Virus record (IMG/VR): IMGVR_UViG_3300028833_000090
Length of the DNA: 64,000 nt
Origin: an uncultured virus (IMG/VR IMGVR_UViG_3300028833_000090)
Taxonomy: Duplodnaviria > Heunggongvirae > Uroviricota > Caudoviricetes
Direction: 5' to 3' (one strand)
In this document: positions 18,027 to 28,086 of the stretch, one piece after another
Numbering within the stretch: the first letter of the stretch is position 1
Layout of the letters: each line of letters opens with the position of its first letter
Position numbers and translations under genes: made by a program
The notes under the pieces: model-generated
What the model was told of the DNA's origin: nothing
Seen by the model: the letters and a program-made list of their open reading frames with translations, nothing else
The model's database searches: none

Positions 18027-18197
18027 ATGGCAAAGAAAAAAATTTATATCAATGACGGAAAAGATTTTACCGACTATGTAGAAGACGCAGTTGATAAGGT
18101 CGAGGAAACAATCACTAGCATTCCAGATAAATGCGAGAAAGTGGTTGACAAGGTGGAAGATGCAGTGGATCGTTTCATTGACTTCTTCACGATTTAG
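18027..18197 (+). CDS. Small acidic amphipathic repeat protein (56 aa)
   Basis: MAKKK...VEDAVDKVE...VDKVEDAVD. Confidence 0.7.
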   Translation: MAKKKIYINDGKDFTDYVEDAVDKVEETITSIPDKCEKVVDKVEDAVDRFIDFFTI

Positions 18198-18212
18198 AGG
18201 CACATCTTTACA

Positions 18213-18286
18213 GGGCCTGTAATTCAGTTGGTCAGAAAGCTCGCCTCATAAGCAAGTAGTCGGGGGTTCAAGTCCCTCCAGGCCCA
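18213..18286 (+). tRNA. tRNA(CAT), probably Ile2
   Basis: CAT anticodon with GGGCCTG Ile-type acceptor. Confidence 0.85.
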
Positions 18287-18292
18287 CAAAAG

Positions 18293-18402
18293 ACACACCA
18301 GTAGATGCGTAATCCGAAAGGAGATAAACATCCGGGGGTTCGAATCCCTCACCTGCCTGAATGGGCAGGTTGGCAGAGCGGTTGATTGCAATGCAGGTGT
18401 GT
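18293..18402 (+). ncRNA. Circularly permuted tRNA mimic (YrlA/Y-RNA-like topology)
   Basis: T-arm, then 3' acceptor strand, loop, 5' acceptor strand, then D-arm; ends pair as ACACACC/GGTGTGT. Confidence 0.8.
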
Positions 18403-18451
18403 ATTTTTTATAGGTTATTAGGACCAAGAAATCACCTTTCTTGGTCAATTT

Positions 18452-18525
18452 GGGTCTGGTAGCTCAGCTGGTAGAGCGTCTGAATGAAAATCAGAAGGTC
18501 ACTGGTTCAAATCCAGTCCGACCCA
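18452..18525 (+). tRNA. tRNA-Phe(GAA), bulged acceptor stem
   Basis: TCTGA-ATGAAAA-TCAGA; GGGTC(T)GG/CCGACCC. Confidence 0.85.
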
Positions 18526-18616
18526 CTTTTCATACTAGGTTATATAGTTATCGTCTTCCAAACTAAGATTGAGATGGTCTATATGTAATTACTTATCCGG
18601 AGAGTCCCTAGTAATT

Positions 18617-18689
18617 GGGGAGGTAGCACTGGTGGTCAGTGCACTGGACTGAAAATCCAGCCAAGAAGGTTCGACTCCTTCCCTTCCCA
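18617..18689 (+). tRNA. tRNA-Phe(GAA), second divergent copy
   Basis: CTGGA-CTGAAAA-TCCAG. Confidence 0.9.
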
Positions 18690-18935
18690 CAATTTATTAC
18701 TAATCATTGCTGATTAGTAATTTTTTTTTTGCTCATGAAATATGTTGTTATGAAAATAAAACCCTAAATATGTGATTAAAATTCACTCACATCAATGAAT
18801 AAGATTATTATGAGTGAAATTAATGATTGGATTACAAAAGCCGGTAAAATTCTTACGAAAGATGAAATAGTATTATTTTTTGTTAGTTATGTTATACCGT
18901 CTTGAATTATATTAAAGATAAGAGGGATTAACGTA

Positions 18936-19082
18936 ATGGAAACTATAGCTTTATATTTTAAAGCAATTAAATCTGTTCTTGAAGAAGGAGGACTAAATGC
19001 TTGGTTATTATTAATTCTCTTTGGAATAATAATAGGATTTATTATCTGGCTTTTAATTTGGCTTCTTTTTAAGAAAGATTAA
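18936..19082 (+). CDS. Small membrane protein (48 aa)
   Basis: WLLLILFGIIIGFIIWLLIWLLFKKD. Confidence 0.65.
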   Translation: METIALYFKAIKSVLEEGGLNAWLLLILFGIIIGFIIWLLIWLLFKKD

Positions 19083-19091
19083 AGACAAACG

Positions 19092-19244
19092 AATACTTGG
19101 TAGCCCGAGGAAGTCTGGGAATTCGGGGTAATAGAGCAGTCAAGTGGAATGACATAGTGACTAAATTGAAGTGCCAGTTTTTAGAATTGGATATACCAGA
19201 TGATAGCGAAGGTCACTCGATTCTTGAATAAATTATCAAGTATT
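19092..19244 (+). ncRNA. Unknown ~150-nt structured RNA
   Basis: Terminal AATACTTGGTA/TATCAAGTATT; internal AGTGACT/GGTCACT and TCTGG/CCAGA. Confidence 0.5.
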
Positions 19245-19280
19245 AGTTTTTAAATAAAACACAATAAAATTAAAATAATT

Positions 19281-19460
19281 ATGGTATATACATCGGTGTA
19301 TCAAGCCTCTCAAAATCTAAACAATGTAATAAAAGATATTTTGAGTAGTGGTTATCCAATTTATCTCTCAGTAGATGGAAAGGAGGTAACTTTAAACAAT
19401 AAAAATACAAAAGTAGAGGTCGGAAGTGAAGAAGACCTTGAAATTAAGATAAAAGAGTAA
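19281..19460 (+). CDS. Hypothetical protein (59 aa)
   Basis: MVYTSVYQ...EIKIKE, A-rich leader. Confidence 0.65.
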   Translation: MVYTSVYQASQNLNNVIKDILSSGYPIYLSVDGKEVTLNNKNTKVEVGSEEDLEIKIKE

Positions 19461-19472
19461 AAAAAATACAAT

Positions 19473-20185
19473 GACGTGCTGGTAAGGGAAAGATCTAAAA
19501 AATCTAACCCCAAATACGGCATCTTGAATTTAACGGAATGTGGGTACGGCCTGGCGTAGGCTCTTTATAAAAGCTGTACACTAAGACCTGACGGGGTATA
19601 ATTAATAAATCAAATATATGTAGACTTATCTCTCACACCTAGTGCAGGGTAGCGTGAGAACTTATCTAGTCTCCGTGAGGATGTAAGTCCCAGCCCTACA
19701 CTGGAGTGGAGCTGTTCTATAACCCGGGTTATAGGTGATATTACTAATCACGTAAGTTGATTTTTTATTATTTCGGAGATCTCAATAAATTTATGACTAA
19801 ATATAATCTCGAAAGGGTTTCCACGCGATCTTGAAAAGACCGCGTGAGAATAAAAGGCAATGTCGGTTATAATTAATCATGCCGAGATACCCCATTTTGA
19901 ATCCAGGAGAATAAGAGATTGTATTGTATTGATCATAATAAGTTCAGTAGAGTCTATAAAGCTCGAGATTACTTGCTGATTATTGAGATTCGTGTCTATT
20001 TCGCTTACTCGTGTAGTTAGTGAAAGTCACTTATTCAGTAAAAGTGTCTGGTGGCTATCACGGTAAATAACAGGTCCTAAATGGAATGTCTGATACCGAT
20101 AAAAAATAAAGGAAGGTTATTTGCGCGATTACCCCTTTATTTGGTAGTCCCTGTATTTGGTGCTAATAACACATATCAGCATGTC
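19473..20185 (+). ncRNA. Large (~713 nt) structured RNA of unknown class
   Basis: No ORF of 60 aa or more; 12-bp terminal helix and several long-range helices; next to tRNA-Arg. Confidence 0.7.
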
Positions 20186-20203
20186 TGCGTATTTAATATA
20201 AAA

Positions 20204-20277
20204 GGTCCCTTAGCTCAACGGACTAGAGCAACAGCCTTCTAAGCTGTGGGTTGAAGGTTCGAATCCTTCAGGGATCA
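20204..20277 (+). tRNA. tRNA-Arg(TCT)
   Basis: ACAGC-CTTCTAA-GCTGT. Confidence 0.95.
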
Positions 20278-20357
20278 CTCGGATTGTCATTTTTTGCTAG
20301 AAGCATGAATCATTTTTGTCATGCTTCTAGTTTTTATTTTTACACACAATTAATATT

Positions 20358-22184
20358 ATGGAAAATAATCAAAATCAATTAAATTTATTTCAGAAATTAT
20401 TCGGTATTTTTATGTCGGGTGTCAATAGCCGTATACCAATTAGAAGTAATATTTATAATAAAAAGGGTTATTCAGCTATTGGTTCTACCGGTAATAAATT
20501 ATTTGAGGTAGATAGAAAATCACCACTATTAGGTAATGCTAACGCATCTAATCTAATCTCAGGTTATTACGAAAGGGTACTTGAATTAAAAGGATATCAA
20601 TTGCTCGATATAACAAAATTAGCTACAAACTTTTTTTCCGATTATATCGTGAACTTTCTATCTGATGAAGGTGGTGGTAGTCAGATTGTTTCAATTATGA
20701 ATGAAGATGGTACTAATAACCAGCAAGTAACTGATCGTATAAATCAAATTTTAACAAAAGATATTAAAATATTTGATTATATTAGAAATCATATACAGGA
20801 TTTTGTATTCTATGGCCAGTACTATTCTATGCTCGTTTCAAGTAGAGATGATACAGGACACTTAAAATTTAGAATAGAAGAGTTAGTAGATCCCGTATCT
20901 GTTATTCAAAAGAGAAAAAGAAAAACAGATGGAAGCGGTGAAATGGAAGATTTATTTTTAGCTAAGGGTGAAGGTGGTATCATTGTAGAAATACCTAAGA
21001 AAGAAATCATATATTTAGCTAATCATGATCTTCGACTCTTGAATGACCTCGCAGATAAAGTGGAGTATAATAGTGGTCTTAGAGCGAGAAAAGATAAGAA
21101 TGATCCATTAACTAGCTTCTTGAAACCAGAGTCTAGTAACGGTAAACCCAAACATTATACTCCTAATTTTCAAGACAATAAAAAAGTTATTTTAAAGGAT
21201 GGAGTATCTGTAACAGATCCAAAAGATGGTAAAGCCAATAGAGACAGAGTACTTATCAAAGAATCCTATACTACATCAGAGCCTTTGTTCTACTCTTTAC
21301 TGTTGAAGGTAAAAGAGCTAGTTATTAAGGAGTTGCTAGTGTCATTGATTTCTTTACGTGATTTGTCTAGTGTTCAGATATTCTTATTACAATTCGATAA
21401 GAATATTCCTCTAGAAGCTGCAACTGAACTCTGTAAAAGAGCAGCTAAATTGACTAATAATACGAATGATTTAGCTAGTTTCTTGACATCTCAGTTTGAT
21501 GTTATATCATTTATTGAGAATACACTAACTCAAGGTACTAAATTTGTACCTGATTATGGTGGATCTTTATCTGCAAAGAATCCTATGCTTCCGCTTGATA
21601 AGTTAAGTGATAAGTATATAGAGATTATGCAAACATTGGATCAATGTAGAGCAGCTATATTAGGCCCTCTTGGTTTGCCTGTTACTTTAACGGATTCCAC
21701 TTCTGGTTCAAAATGGCAAGTATTACAGCAATCTGAACGTGCTAATTCAAGAGTTGCTAGTTTCTTGGATGGTATAAAGAGTTCTGTTACCGATTTAGTA
21801 TGTAATCTTTATGAAATTATTTATTCAGATAAACTAGACCCAAGTTTAGTTAAGTTACATATTAGTGAGAAGACTTCAGTTGAATATAACAACCAGATTA
21901 ACCAGTCAGAATCAATTAACGGTCTTCTCCAGAGCATTAATAATATCCTTCAAGGAGCATTACAGATGCTAGATATGGGAGCTCCTTATCTTGATCCAAA
22001 GAATTATTTGACTTATATTCAGAATTTGATTAGAGATATAGACCCGAATACGGAGAGTATAATTAATGAAAAATCTATTGAACTATACTTGCAAGTGGTT
22101 AATGCTAAACTTGCTCAACAATTTGAACAGTATGGACTAGATCCTTCAATACTTCAACAAGACGATAATCAACAACAGCAATAA
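20358..22184 (+). CDS. Putative portal protein
   Basis: 608 aa; helical layout with IFDYIRNHIQDFVFYGQYY and ILGPLGLP, reminiscent of T4-gp20-like portals; by eye only. Confidence 0.5.
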   Translation: MENNQNQLNLFQKLFGIFMSGVNSRIPIRSNIYNKKGYSAIGSTGNKLFEVDRKSPLLGNANASNLISGYYERVLELKGYQLLDITKLATNFFSDYIVNFLSDEGGGSQIVSIMNEDGTNNQQVTDRINQILTKDIKIFDYIRNHIQDFVFYGQYYSMLVSSRDDTGHLKFRIEELVDPVSVIQKRKRKTDGSGEMEDLFLAKGEGGIIVEIPKKEIIYLANHDLRLLNDLADKVEYNSGLRARKDKNDPLTSFLKPESSNGKPKHYTPNFQDNKKVILKDGVSVTDPKDGKANRDRVLIKESYTTSEPLFYSLLLKVKELVIKELLVSLISLRDLSSVQIFLLQFDKNIPLEAATELCKRAAKLTNNTNDLASFLTSQFDVISFIENTLTQGTKFVPDYGGSLSAKNPMLPLDKLSDKYIEIMQTLDQCRAAILGPLGLPVTLTDSTSGSKWQVLQQSERANSRVASFLDGIKSSVTDLVCNLYEIIYSDKLDPSLVKLHISEKTSVEYNNQINQSESINGLLQSINNILQGALQMLDMGAPYLDPKNYLTYIQNLIRDIDPNTESIINEKSIELYLQVVNAKLAQQFEQYGLDPSILQQDDNQQQQ

Positions 22185-22230
22185 AAAAAGAATTAGATAA
22201 GATTTAAATCTTATCTAATTCTTTTAATTT

Positions 22231-24549
22231 TTATTTCTCAAAATCAAATCCGTATAATTCGTTTTCTTTTATATCGAATTTGTCAATCCAATCTAACTCG
22301 GTTCCTTTAAATACGCCATTAGTTTTGTATCCTTTATAAAGAACTGATGCTGTCCAATTGAAGATTACGTTATAAACTTCATTAACATCATCTTGATTTT
22401 TAAAGAATTCTTCTGCAAAAGCGGTAGGTGTACCGGTTATTACGATACCCCTTAATTCGTAATTATCGGCTATCTTTTCTAGTGTCTGATTTAATTTGCT
22501 TATTACATTGAAGAAGCTTTGTGTATCAGACTTAACCATATCCGTTAATGTTTTTGCATAATCTGAATTAAAGCAACCTGATGTGTAGTTCAAACTTTCG
22601 TAACACATATTAACTATGTAGTTAAACGACAGGTTAGATAGATCACCAAAGATTAAATTTAAAAACTGTAGTGTTTGTGTAGTATAACTATAAAAATCCG
22701 TGCTTTTACTTATTTTTGATTGTTTAAACTTAGTTGTAGGTGGATTCTTCGTTAGGCTATCTAATATAGCTTTTAAATCTTTTATATTAGATATGCCCGA
22801 AATCTGATATTGAGAAGTTGCTGAATTAAGCCTCTCCGTTACAGCGAGAGTTCTGAAGAATATCATACTTGTTGCTACGTGAATAATATTCTTCAATGAA
22901 TTTAAAATAGCTTTCTTTATATCCGGATTTTTATCATAAACCTCAGGTGTAATCCAAGCTAAAAATGGTAAGCCATTGCTACAAAATGGCTTTAATCTTC
23001 TATTTATATTAATAGTGCTATCTTCAGATATTTTAAATTCTTGTCCGTTATTGCGAAATTCTTCAATAGTTTTTTCAGTAATTTTATTAAAGAAATCGTC
23101 CATCACAAAATCACTCCCTTCAAATAACTCTCCTAAATCAATCAATGGAAGTTGAGGTTCCATTTCTGAATTGAGGATAGTTATGAGTGATGATGAATGT
23201 ATTGAATAATGACCACACTCATCCAAATCTTTCTGATGGAAATAATTAGGATGAAGAGTGTTTTGGCATTTCTTATTAATTACGTTAATTAATTCAGGTA
23301 TAAACGTATCTGTTACGTAATTAATAAATTTGTCTTTTGTGTTTAACTTATCTTCTTCTATTGCGTAAATTCCAGAATTATTATCGTCAAATTTAGCTAA
23401 TTGGCCTAAGTTATAAAATATATGAATGGCTGTTTTTTTGGCTAAATCACAACCAGATCCTCCAGAAGCATTTGTTCTAGATTTTCTGTCAGTCATCGCC
23501 GATGGTAATCTATAGAGAATAGAAGTACCTAATGCACAACAATTTTTATCCCCATATCTATAACCACACTTTTCATCAAAAACAAAATCAGGTTTATCCT
23601 TAACAATTACTTTTCCTAAATAAACAGCTTGAGCTTCAGCATTAAAGCCTTTTGGATCTTTAACGTAAGAACTGGTTATTTTTGATGGTATGGTATATAT
23701 ATGACCTATAACTAAATCATCTAGGTTTGTTATAAAATTACTTCTATCTAATATTCTTTCACTCTTTTTTAATATTCTACTAAAGTCGGGGTTTTTAGAT
23801 AATCTCTCAAACTCGGATTCACTAATAACACTATAGTAGTAATCTTTCAGATTAAAAAGAGTTAATTGAGTTTCTCTATACCTATCATGAACGTATACAG
23901 CAGATGCTGGGACGTTAGACTTTTTATAGAATCTAAAACTTTCTGTGCATTTTCCACCTGAAATTAACGACGTATTATAAATTACATCATTAATATTACA
24001 AGAGCTAAATATTACAGCGGATTTTCTCTTTATTCCATTAGATACTGTTGTATCCAAATCTTTTAAATCATTGCAATCGATTTCTAGTAATAAAGCTTCC
24101 TCCATCCACGTCTCATATAAATATTCTTTATTAAAATTCGGAATATTTAATTTAATATTTTCATTTTTAATCTCTTTTACCGTTATTAAATCTGGTAAAT
24201 TAGAATTCTTTTTAAGAAATTCTTTTCCATTAATACTAACGTAAGTCACACCACAGCCTCTAAGAAGAATTGAAATAATTTTTTCTATATTCTTACTTAA
24301 GTTAGAGTACTGTACTTCATCCATAATTAATCCGGGAGTATAATAAATATTATCTCTATCATTAGATGGATGAGTCAGGGAAAAACCTGAAAAAATATTC
24401 TTTTTATTGGAAACTCCATTCTTGTTATCACACATGATTTCTATAACTTTATCAAACCAAAGATCTGATATAGTTACGTAATATAATTTACTGGGGAACA
24501 TATCAAATTCTCCAGTAATAGTATTTGTTAACTTAGAAATTCTGCGCAT
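22231..24549 (-). CDS. Large hypothetical protein, GHxY/YLG paralog family
   Basis: 772 aa; LVIGHIY...VYLGKV. Confidence 0.85.
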   Translation of the reverse strand: MRRISKLTNTITGEFDMFPSKLYYVTISDLWFDKVIEIMCDNKNGVSNKKNIFSGFSLTHPSNDRDNIYYTPGLIMDEVQYSNLSKNIEKIISILLRGCGVTYVSINGKEFLKKNSNLPDLITVKEIKNENIKLNIPNFNKEYLYETWMEEALLLEIDCNDLKDLDTTVSNGIKRKSAVIFSSCNINDVIYNTSLISGGKCTESFRFYKKSNVPASAVYVHDRYRETQLTLFNLKDYYYSVISESEFERLSKNPDFSRILKKSERILDRSNFITNLDDLVIGHIYTIPSKITSSYVKDPKGFNAEAQAVYLGKVIVKDKPDFVFDEKCGYRYGDKNCCALGTSILYRLPSAMTDRKSRTNASGGSGCDLAKKTAIHIFYNLGQLAKFDDNNSGIYAIEEDKLNTKDKFINYVTDTFIPELINVINKKCQNTLHPNYFHQKDLDECGHYSIHSSSLITILNSEMEPQLPLIDLGELFEGSDFVMDDFFNKITEKTIEEFRNNGQEFKISEDSTININRRLKPFCSNGLPFLAWITPEVYDKNPDIKKAILNSLKNIIHVATSMIFFRTLAVTERLNSATSQYQISGISNIKDLKAILDSLTKNPPTTKFKQSKISKSTDFYSYTTQTLQFLNLIFGDLSNLSFNYIVNMCYESLNYTSGCFNSDYAKTLTDMVKSDTQSFFNVISKLNQTLEKIADNYELRGIVITGTPTAFAEEFFKNQDDVNEVYNVIFNWTASVLYKGYKTNGVFKGTELDWIDKFDIKENELYGFDFEK

Positions 24550-26504
24550 TTTTTAAAATCAGATTCAGTTATTTTATATTTTTTAATGGTATCAAAAATA
24601 CCATTATTTCTATATACTATATCGTCTTTCTGTGCTCCCTTACTCAGTTCATCAACAATGAGCCCTTTAAGGGTTTTCTTGCATGAGAAGATATCTGAAT
24701 TACCAGGCATTGCTGCCCAGAAAACTTGAAGACTATCGTTCAACCTTTTAAGTAATCCATCTTTAATCGATGTATACTCAGGTGCAAATACATTCTTATT
24801 AAATCTAGTCGTGTATTTACTATTAACAATATAGTTAGAACAATCTATACAGTAAAGATATAGAACTTTTAATATTAAATCCGTTAAATTAGATTTGAGG
24901 TTATCAAAAGTAATTGGATCTAATTGATTTAATTCTTCTTCGCTGAAAAGATTATAAGAATCAAGATTAACTACTCCAGATCCGCAATATCCGTAAATTG
25001 GACTTCCATCTGGTGCTGCTATGTATTGTGTAAGTCTCTTAAAAGTAATTTCTTTATCCTTACCCTCAACTTTGAGCATAATATTTTTCATGAATTTCTT
25101 TACAGGAGACTTTATTTTAACATATTCACCTAAATCGGTTATTTCTGTATAAATGTGATATCCAGCGGGTTTATCTTTATCAGTTACGGTTTTCTTAAAT
25201 CTTTCACTCTGATCTAATTGTAAATCGAATGAATGATTTCTCCTATCACTGGTTAATTCAGTTGCTGGTAAAACTATATATCTTGCATATGCATTACTAC
25301 TACCTTTAATAGTTGAAAAAACTTCCGCTAAATGATTTGCATATTCTTCTTCAGTCATTGAGTCACCAGACTCAACAATTGATTTTAATAGTAAATTATC
25401 ATCTGGAATATAACTCCTATTTACTAGTGAGAAAACATCTACTGGACAATTAATACACATGCATGCTGACATACCTGGTCTGTATGTTGAAACTTCACCT
25501 AATCTTGCTGATAAGGTTTTATCTTTAGTCCATTCGTTTATCTCAGGCATATCATAGATATCAGTAAATAAACCTCTCTTTATTAAACTATTACGTGTTG
25601 TTATCGTATATCTTCCTAAATCTATTCTACCAAGATACAATAGATCATGAAAACTCATTCCATAGTAATAATCAGTACCTCTGAGCAATGAGTAAGAAGA
25701 TTTTTCCTGAAATCTATATATGTGTCCAGGTTTGTACTCTTCGCCAGCTAAGACCTTATTAGAACTATTTTCCCCAAGCTTTATTGCTAATCTAAGCGTT
25801 GTATCCTTTTCTGATTGGTAATAGCTTTCTGGAATAAATTCTATTCTAGAACTAATATACAGCGAGGGACTACCAACATTACTCACAGTAGGAGATATTA
25901 TTCTTACTGATTCTGAACTTTGTCCATATATTAATGGCTTTTTGAATGTACTCAAAAAACAGTTAAGAAAATTCATTTTTACAAGAGTCACTATATAAAC
26001 GTTAGGATAATCTTGTAAATCATATTCACATTTCGCAAATATTTTATCTCTAAGTTCAGGATGCGATAGTTGAACAACGAAATAATCTTCAGTAGAGACT
26101 GAAGATCCACCAGAATCAGGGGAATCGCAGCCAGTACAATAAACATCCTGTCTGGTTAGTATTTCCTCTATACGCCAACCCTCATTTTTTAGGTCAATAG
26201 ATTGTAAGTTATAACAACAAGACCTAGCTAGTTGCGCCATTAGATTATTACTACTCGTAGTCTTTTTCTTTACTAGTTCAAAAAATGATTTATCAACAGG
26301 ATTAATATAAATACAGATCATATCATCCTTTTTAATAAATACATCATCGCTATTTCTTAACGACAAACTAGTTTTTTTCAAGAAATCACTCATCTGTTTT
26401 TTCCTATCTGATATGTAATCTTCTAGGACTTTTTTAGTTGATGGAACTAAAACTGTTACAGTTTCTGGTATAAATGATGTTCCACTTGTAAGTTCTGATA
26501 TCAT
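24528..26504 (-). CDS. Large hypothetical protein, GHxY/YLG paralog family
   Basis: Start MISEL; YKPGHIY...LYLGRI. Confidence 0.85.
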   Translation of the reverse strand: MISELTSGTSFIPETVTVLVPSTKKVLEDYISDRKKQMSDFLKKTSLSLRNSDDVFIKKDDMICIYINPVDKSFFELVKKKTTSSNNLMAQLARSCCYNLQSIDLKNEGWRIEEILTRQDVYCTGCDSPDSGGSSVSTEDYFVVQLSHPELRDKIFAKCEYDLQDYPNVYIVTLVKMNFLNCFLSTFKKPLIYGQSSESVRIISPTVSNVGSPSLYISSRIEFIPESYYQSEKDTTLRLAIKLGENSSNKVLAGEEYKPGHIYRFQEKSSYSLLRGTDYYYGMSFHDLLYLGRIDLGRYTITTRNSLIKRGLFTDIYDMPEINEWTKDKTLSARLGEVSTYRPGMSACMCINCPVDVFSLVNRSYIPDDNLLLKSIVESGDSMTEEEYANHLAEVFSTIKGSSNAYARYIVLPATELTSDRRNHSFDLQLDQSERFKKTVTDKDKPAGYHIYTEITDLGEYVKIKSPVKKFMKNIMLKVEGKDKEITFKRLTQYIAAPDGSPIYGYCGSGVVNLDSYNLFSEEELNQLDPITFDNLKSNLTDLILKVLYLYCIDCSNYIVNSKYTTRFNKNVFAPEYTSIKDGLLKRLNDSLQVFWAAMPGNSDIFSCKKTLKGLIVDELSKGAQKDDIVYRNNGIFDTIKKYKITESDFKKCAEFLS

Positions 26505-26600
26505 ACTTATATAATTTATCTTTGCTAAAACGTTATTTATCAACTGTAAGAATTTCAAGCTCTAATTAATAACAAACTAAATATTTAAATACTTGATAAT

Positions 26601-26921
26601 ATGGCTGTTATGACAAAAAAAGAATTAAGAGAGGATATTAAAACCTTTCTTAAATTATTAGGGAAGAGAATAGCGGTAATTTTTAATACAGCATTCTTAT
26701 TTTACATTATGACGGATATATTTAATATTATATCCACAAGAGGTAATCTTAGTTTTCAGGATTTCTTTACGAATTCAGAAAAAGGAAAGTATTGGCTATT
26801 AACTATTGTTTTTAGTGTACTTTCTGGTTATTTTCATCCAGAGAGATTCAAATCAATTGATTGGTTTTGGATCATTATATTCTGGGTTTTAACTTTAACC
26901 GGATTCTGCATTGTTTATTAA
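26601..26921 (+). CDS. Three-TM membrane protein
   Basis: Three hydrophobic segments. Confidence 0.75.
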   Translation: MAVMTKKELREDIKTFLKLLGKRIAVIFNTAFLFYIMTDIFNIISTRGNLSFQDFFTNSEKGKYWLLTIVFSVLSGYFHPERFKSIDWFWIIIFWVLTLTGFCIVY

Positions 26922-26939
26922 AGAGTATAGAAAGCCGTT

Positions 26940-27000
26940 AAATCCTTAATTATGAGAAGATATAAACAGAATAAGTTTATATCTTCTTTTTATTTTTCAA
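26940..27000 (+). promoter_or_regulatory. Promoter motif + leader hairpin + T-tract
   Basis: AAATCCTTAATTATGA; AGAAGATATAAAC/GTTTATATCTTCT; TTTTATTTTTC. Confidence 0.6.
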
Positions 27001-27033
27001 AATATCAATAACTAATTTATATTATTATTTATT

Positions 27034-28014
27034 ATGGCACAACTCAATTCTAAGCTTGCTGTATTCCCAGAGGAAATTGGCAGGCAGTGCAAGTCTCGAG
27101 ACTTTTCTAAACTCCCGAAACGAATTAGTCTTTTTAAATTGGTAAAAGTTATTACCAATGGTAAAACTGGTAGCTACCCTAGAATGAGTAGGTACAAAAG
27201 GAATGAATTCAAATCATTCCTCACGAGAATGCGTGAAGCATTTGGATCGGACGTTAAGTTTGACGGCAGATATTTCGTATTCTCGAGGGAGATTACGGCT
27301 GACGAATGGATCAAGGCTACAAAAGCTAATGTTCCATTCTACGGACGTGGTTCTAGGAATTATGGAGAGCCTGCTCTTCGTGATTCTATTAACAGAATTC
27401 TCGATTATGTAATTGAGAATGATGAAAGTGTAATAACGATTGATCAACTTAATCTTATTACACTCGGCACAAACTGTGCTTCGCTCGTAAGCGATTCCGG
27501 ACTGAAGTATGGTAAAGAGAGCTTCCAGTCATTCCAAGTTTTGTTTGACAAACTTGGTTTGAAAGCCACGGTAAAAGAAACAAGGTCGATCTTTGCTGAA
27601 GCTCTGGTAGAAGAAATGCCGGAGTATTACAAGAGAGATTGGTCATCTTTTACCTCTACTCAATTGATCCTTGAGTACAAGGACATTGAGCAAGTAAAGA
27701 AAGCAAAAGAAAACCTCAAAGAAATGAAAATTCTCGGGGGTTATTTTCGTAAGAAAATTGTAATGTCAGCCGAAGATGGCAAGAACGTTACAATTAATGT
27801 AACTGCTAAAATGGTAAGGGAGGCTACAAAGAAGGCTGAACTTATCTGCCACGACGTGGATGCAGTTAAACAGGTTTTGATAGAGAATCAAATCTATCAA
27901 AATACATTTAAGCTTGCTGAACAAATAAAAGAGAAGCTTGAGGAGAAAGTTAAGCTTCTTGAAAAACAGCAAGCTGAGCTTGAAAATTACATTACAGCTG
28001 TTACCAATTCATAA
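27034..28014 (+). CDS. Hypothetical protein
   Basis: 326-aa ORF. Confidence 0.85.
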   Translation: MAQLNSKLAVFPEEIGRQCKSRDFSKLPKRISLFKLVKVITNGKTGSYPRMSRYKRNEFKSFLTRMREAFGSDVKFDGRYFVFSREITADEWIKATKANVPFYGRGSRNYGEPALRDSINRILDYVIENDESVITIDQLNLITLGTNCASLVSDSGLKYGKESFQSFQVLFDKLGLKATVKETRSIFAEALVEEMPEYYKRDWSSFTSTQLILEYKDIEQVKKAKENLKEMKILGGYFRKKIVMSAEDGKNVTINVTAKMVREATKKAELICHDVDAVKQVLIENQIYQNTFKLAEQIKEKLEEKVKLLEKQQAELENYITAVTNS

Positions 28015-28086
28015 TAGCTGTAATTCAAAATAAAAAAAAGAAAGACGAAATTTTATAATCGTCTTTCTTTTTTTATTCATCATAAA

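Noticed and set aside
19092..19244. RNase P RNA or tmRNA assignment for the unknown RNAs
   Set aside because: The full conserved regions, expected lengths and a tag ORF are missing
26601..26921. Holin call for the three-TM protein
   Set aside because: No adjacent endolysin and no family motif
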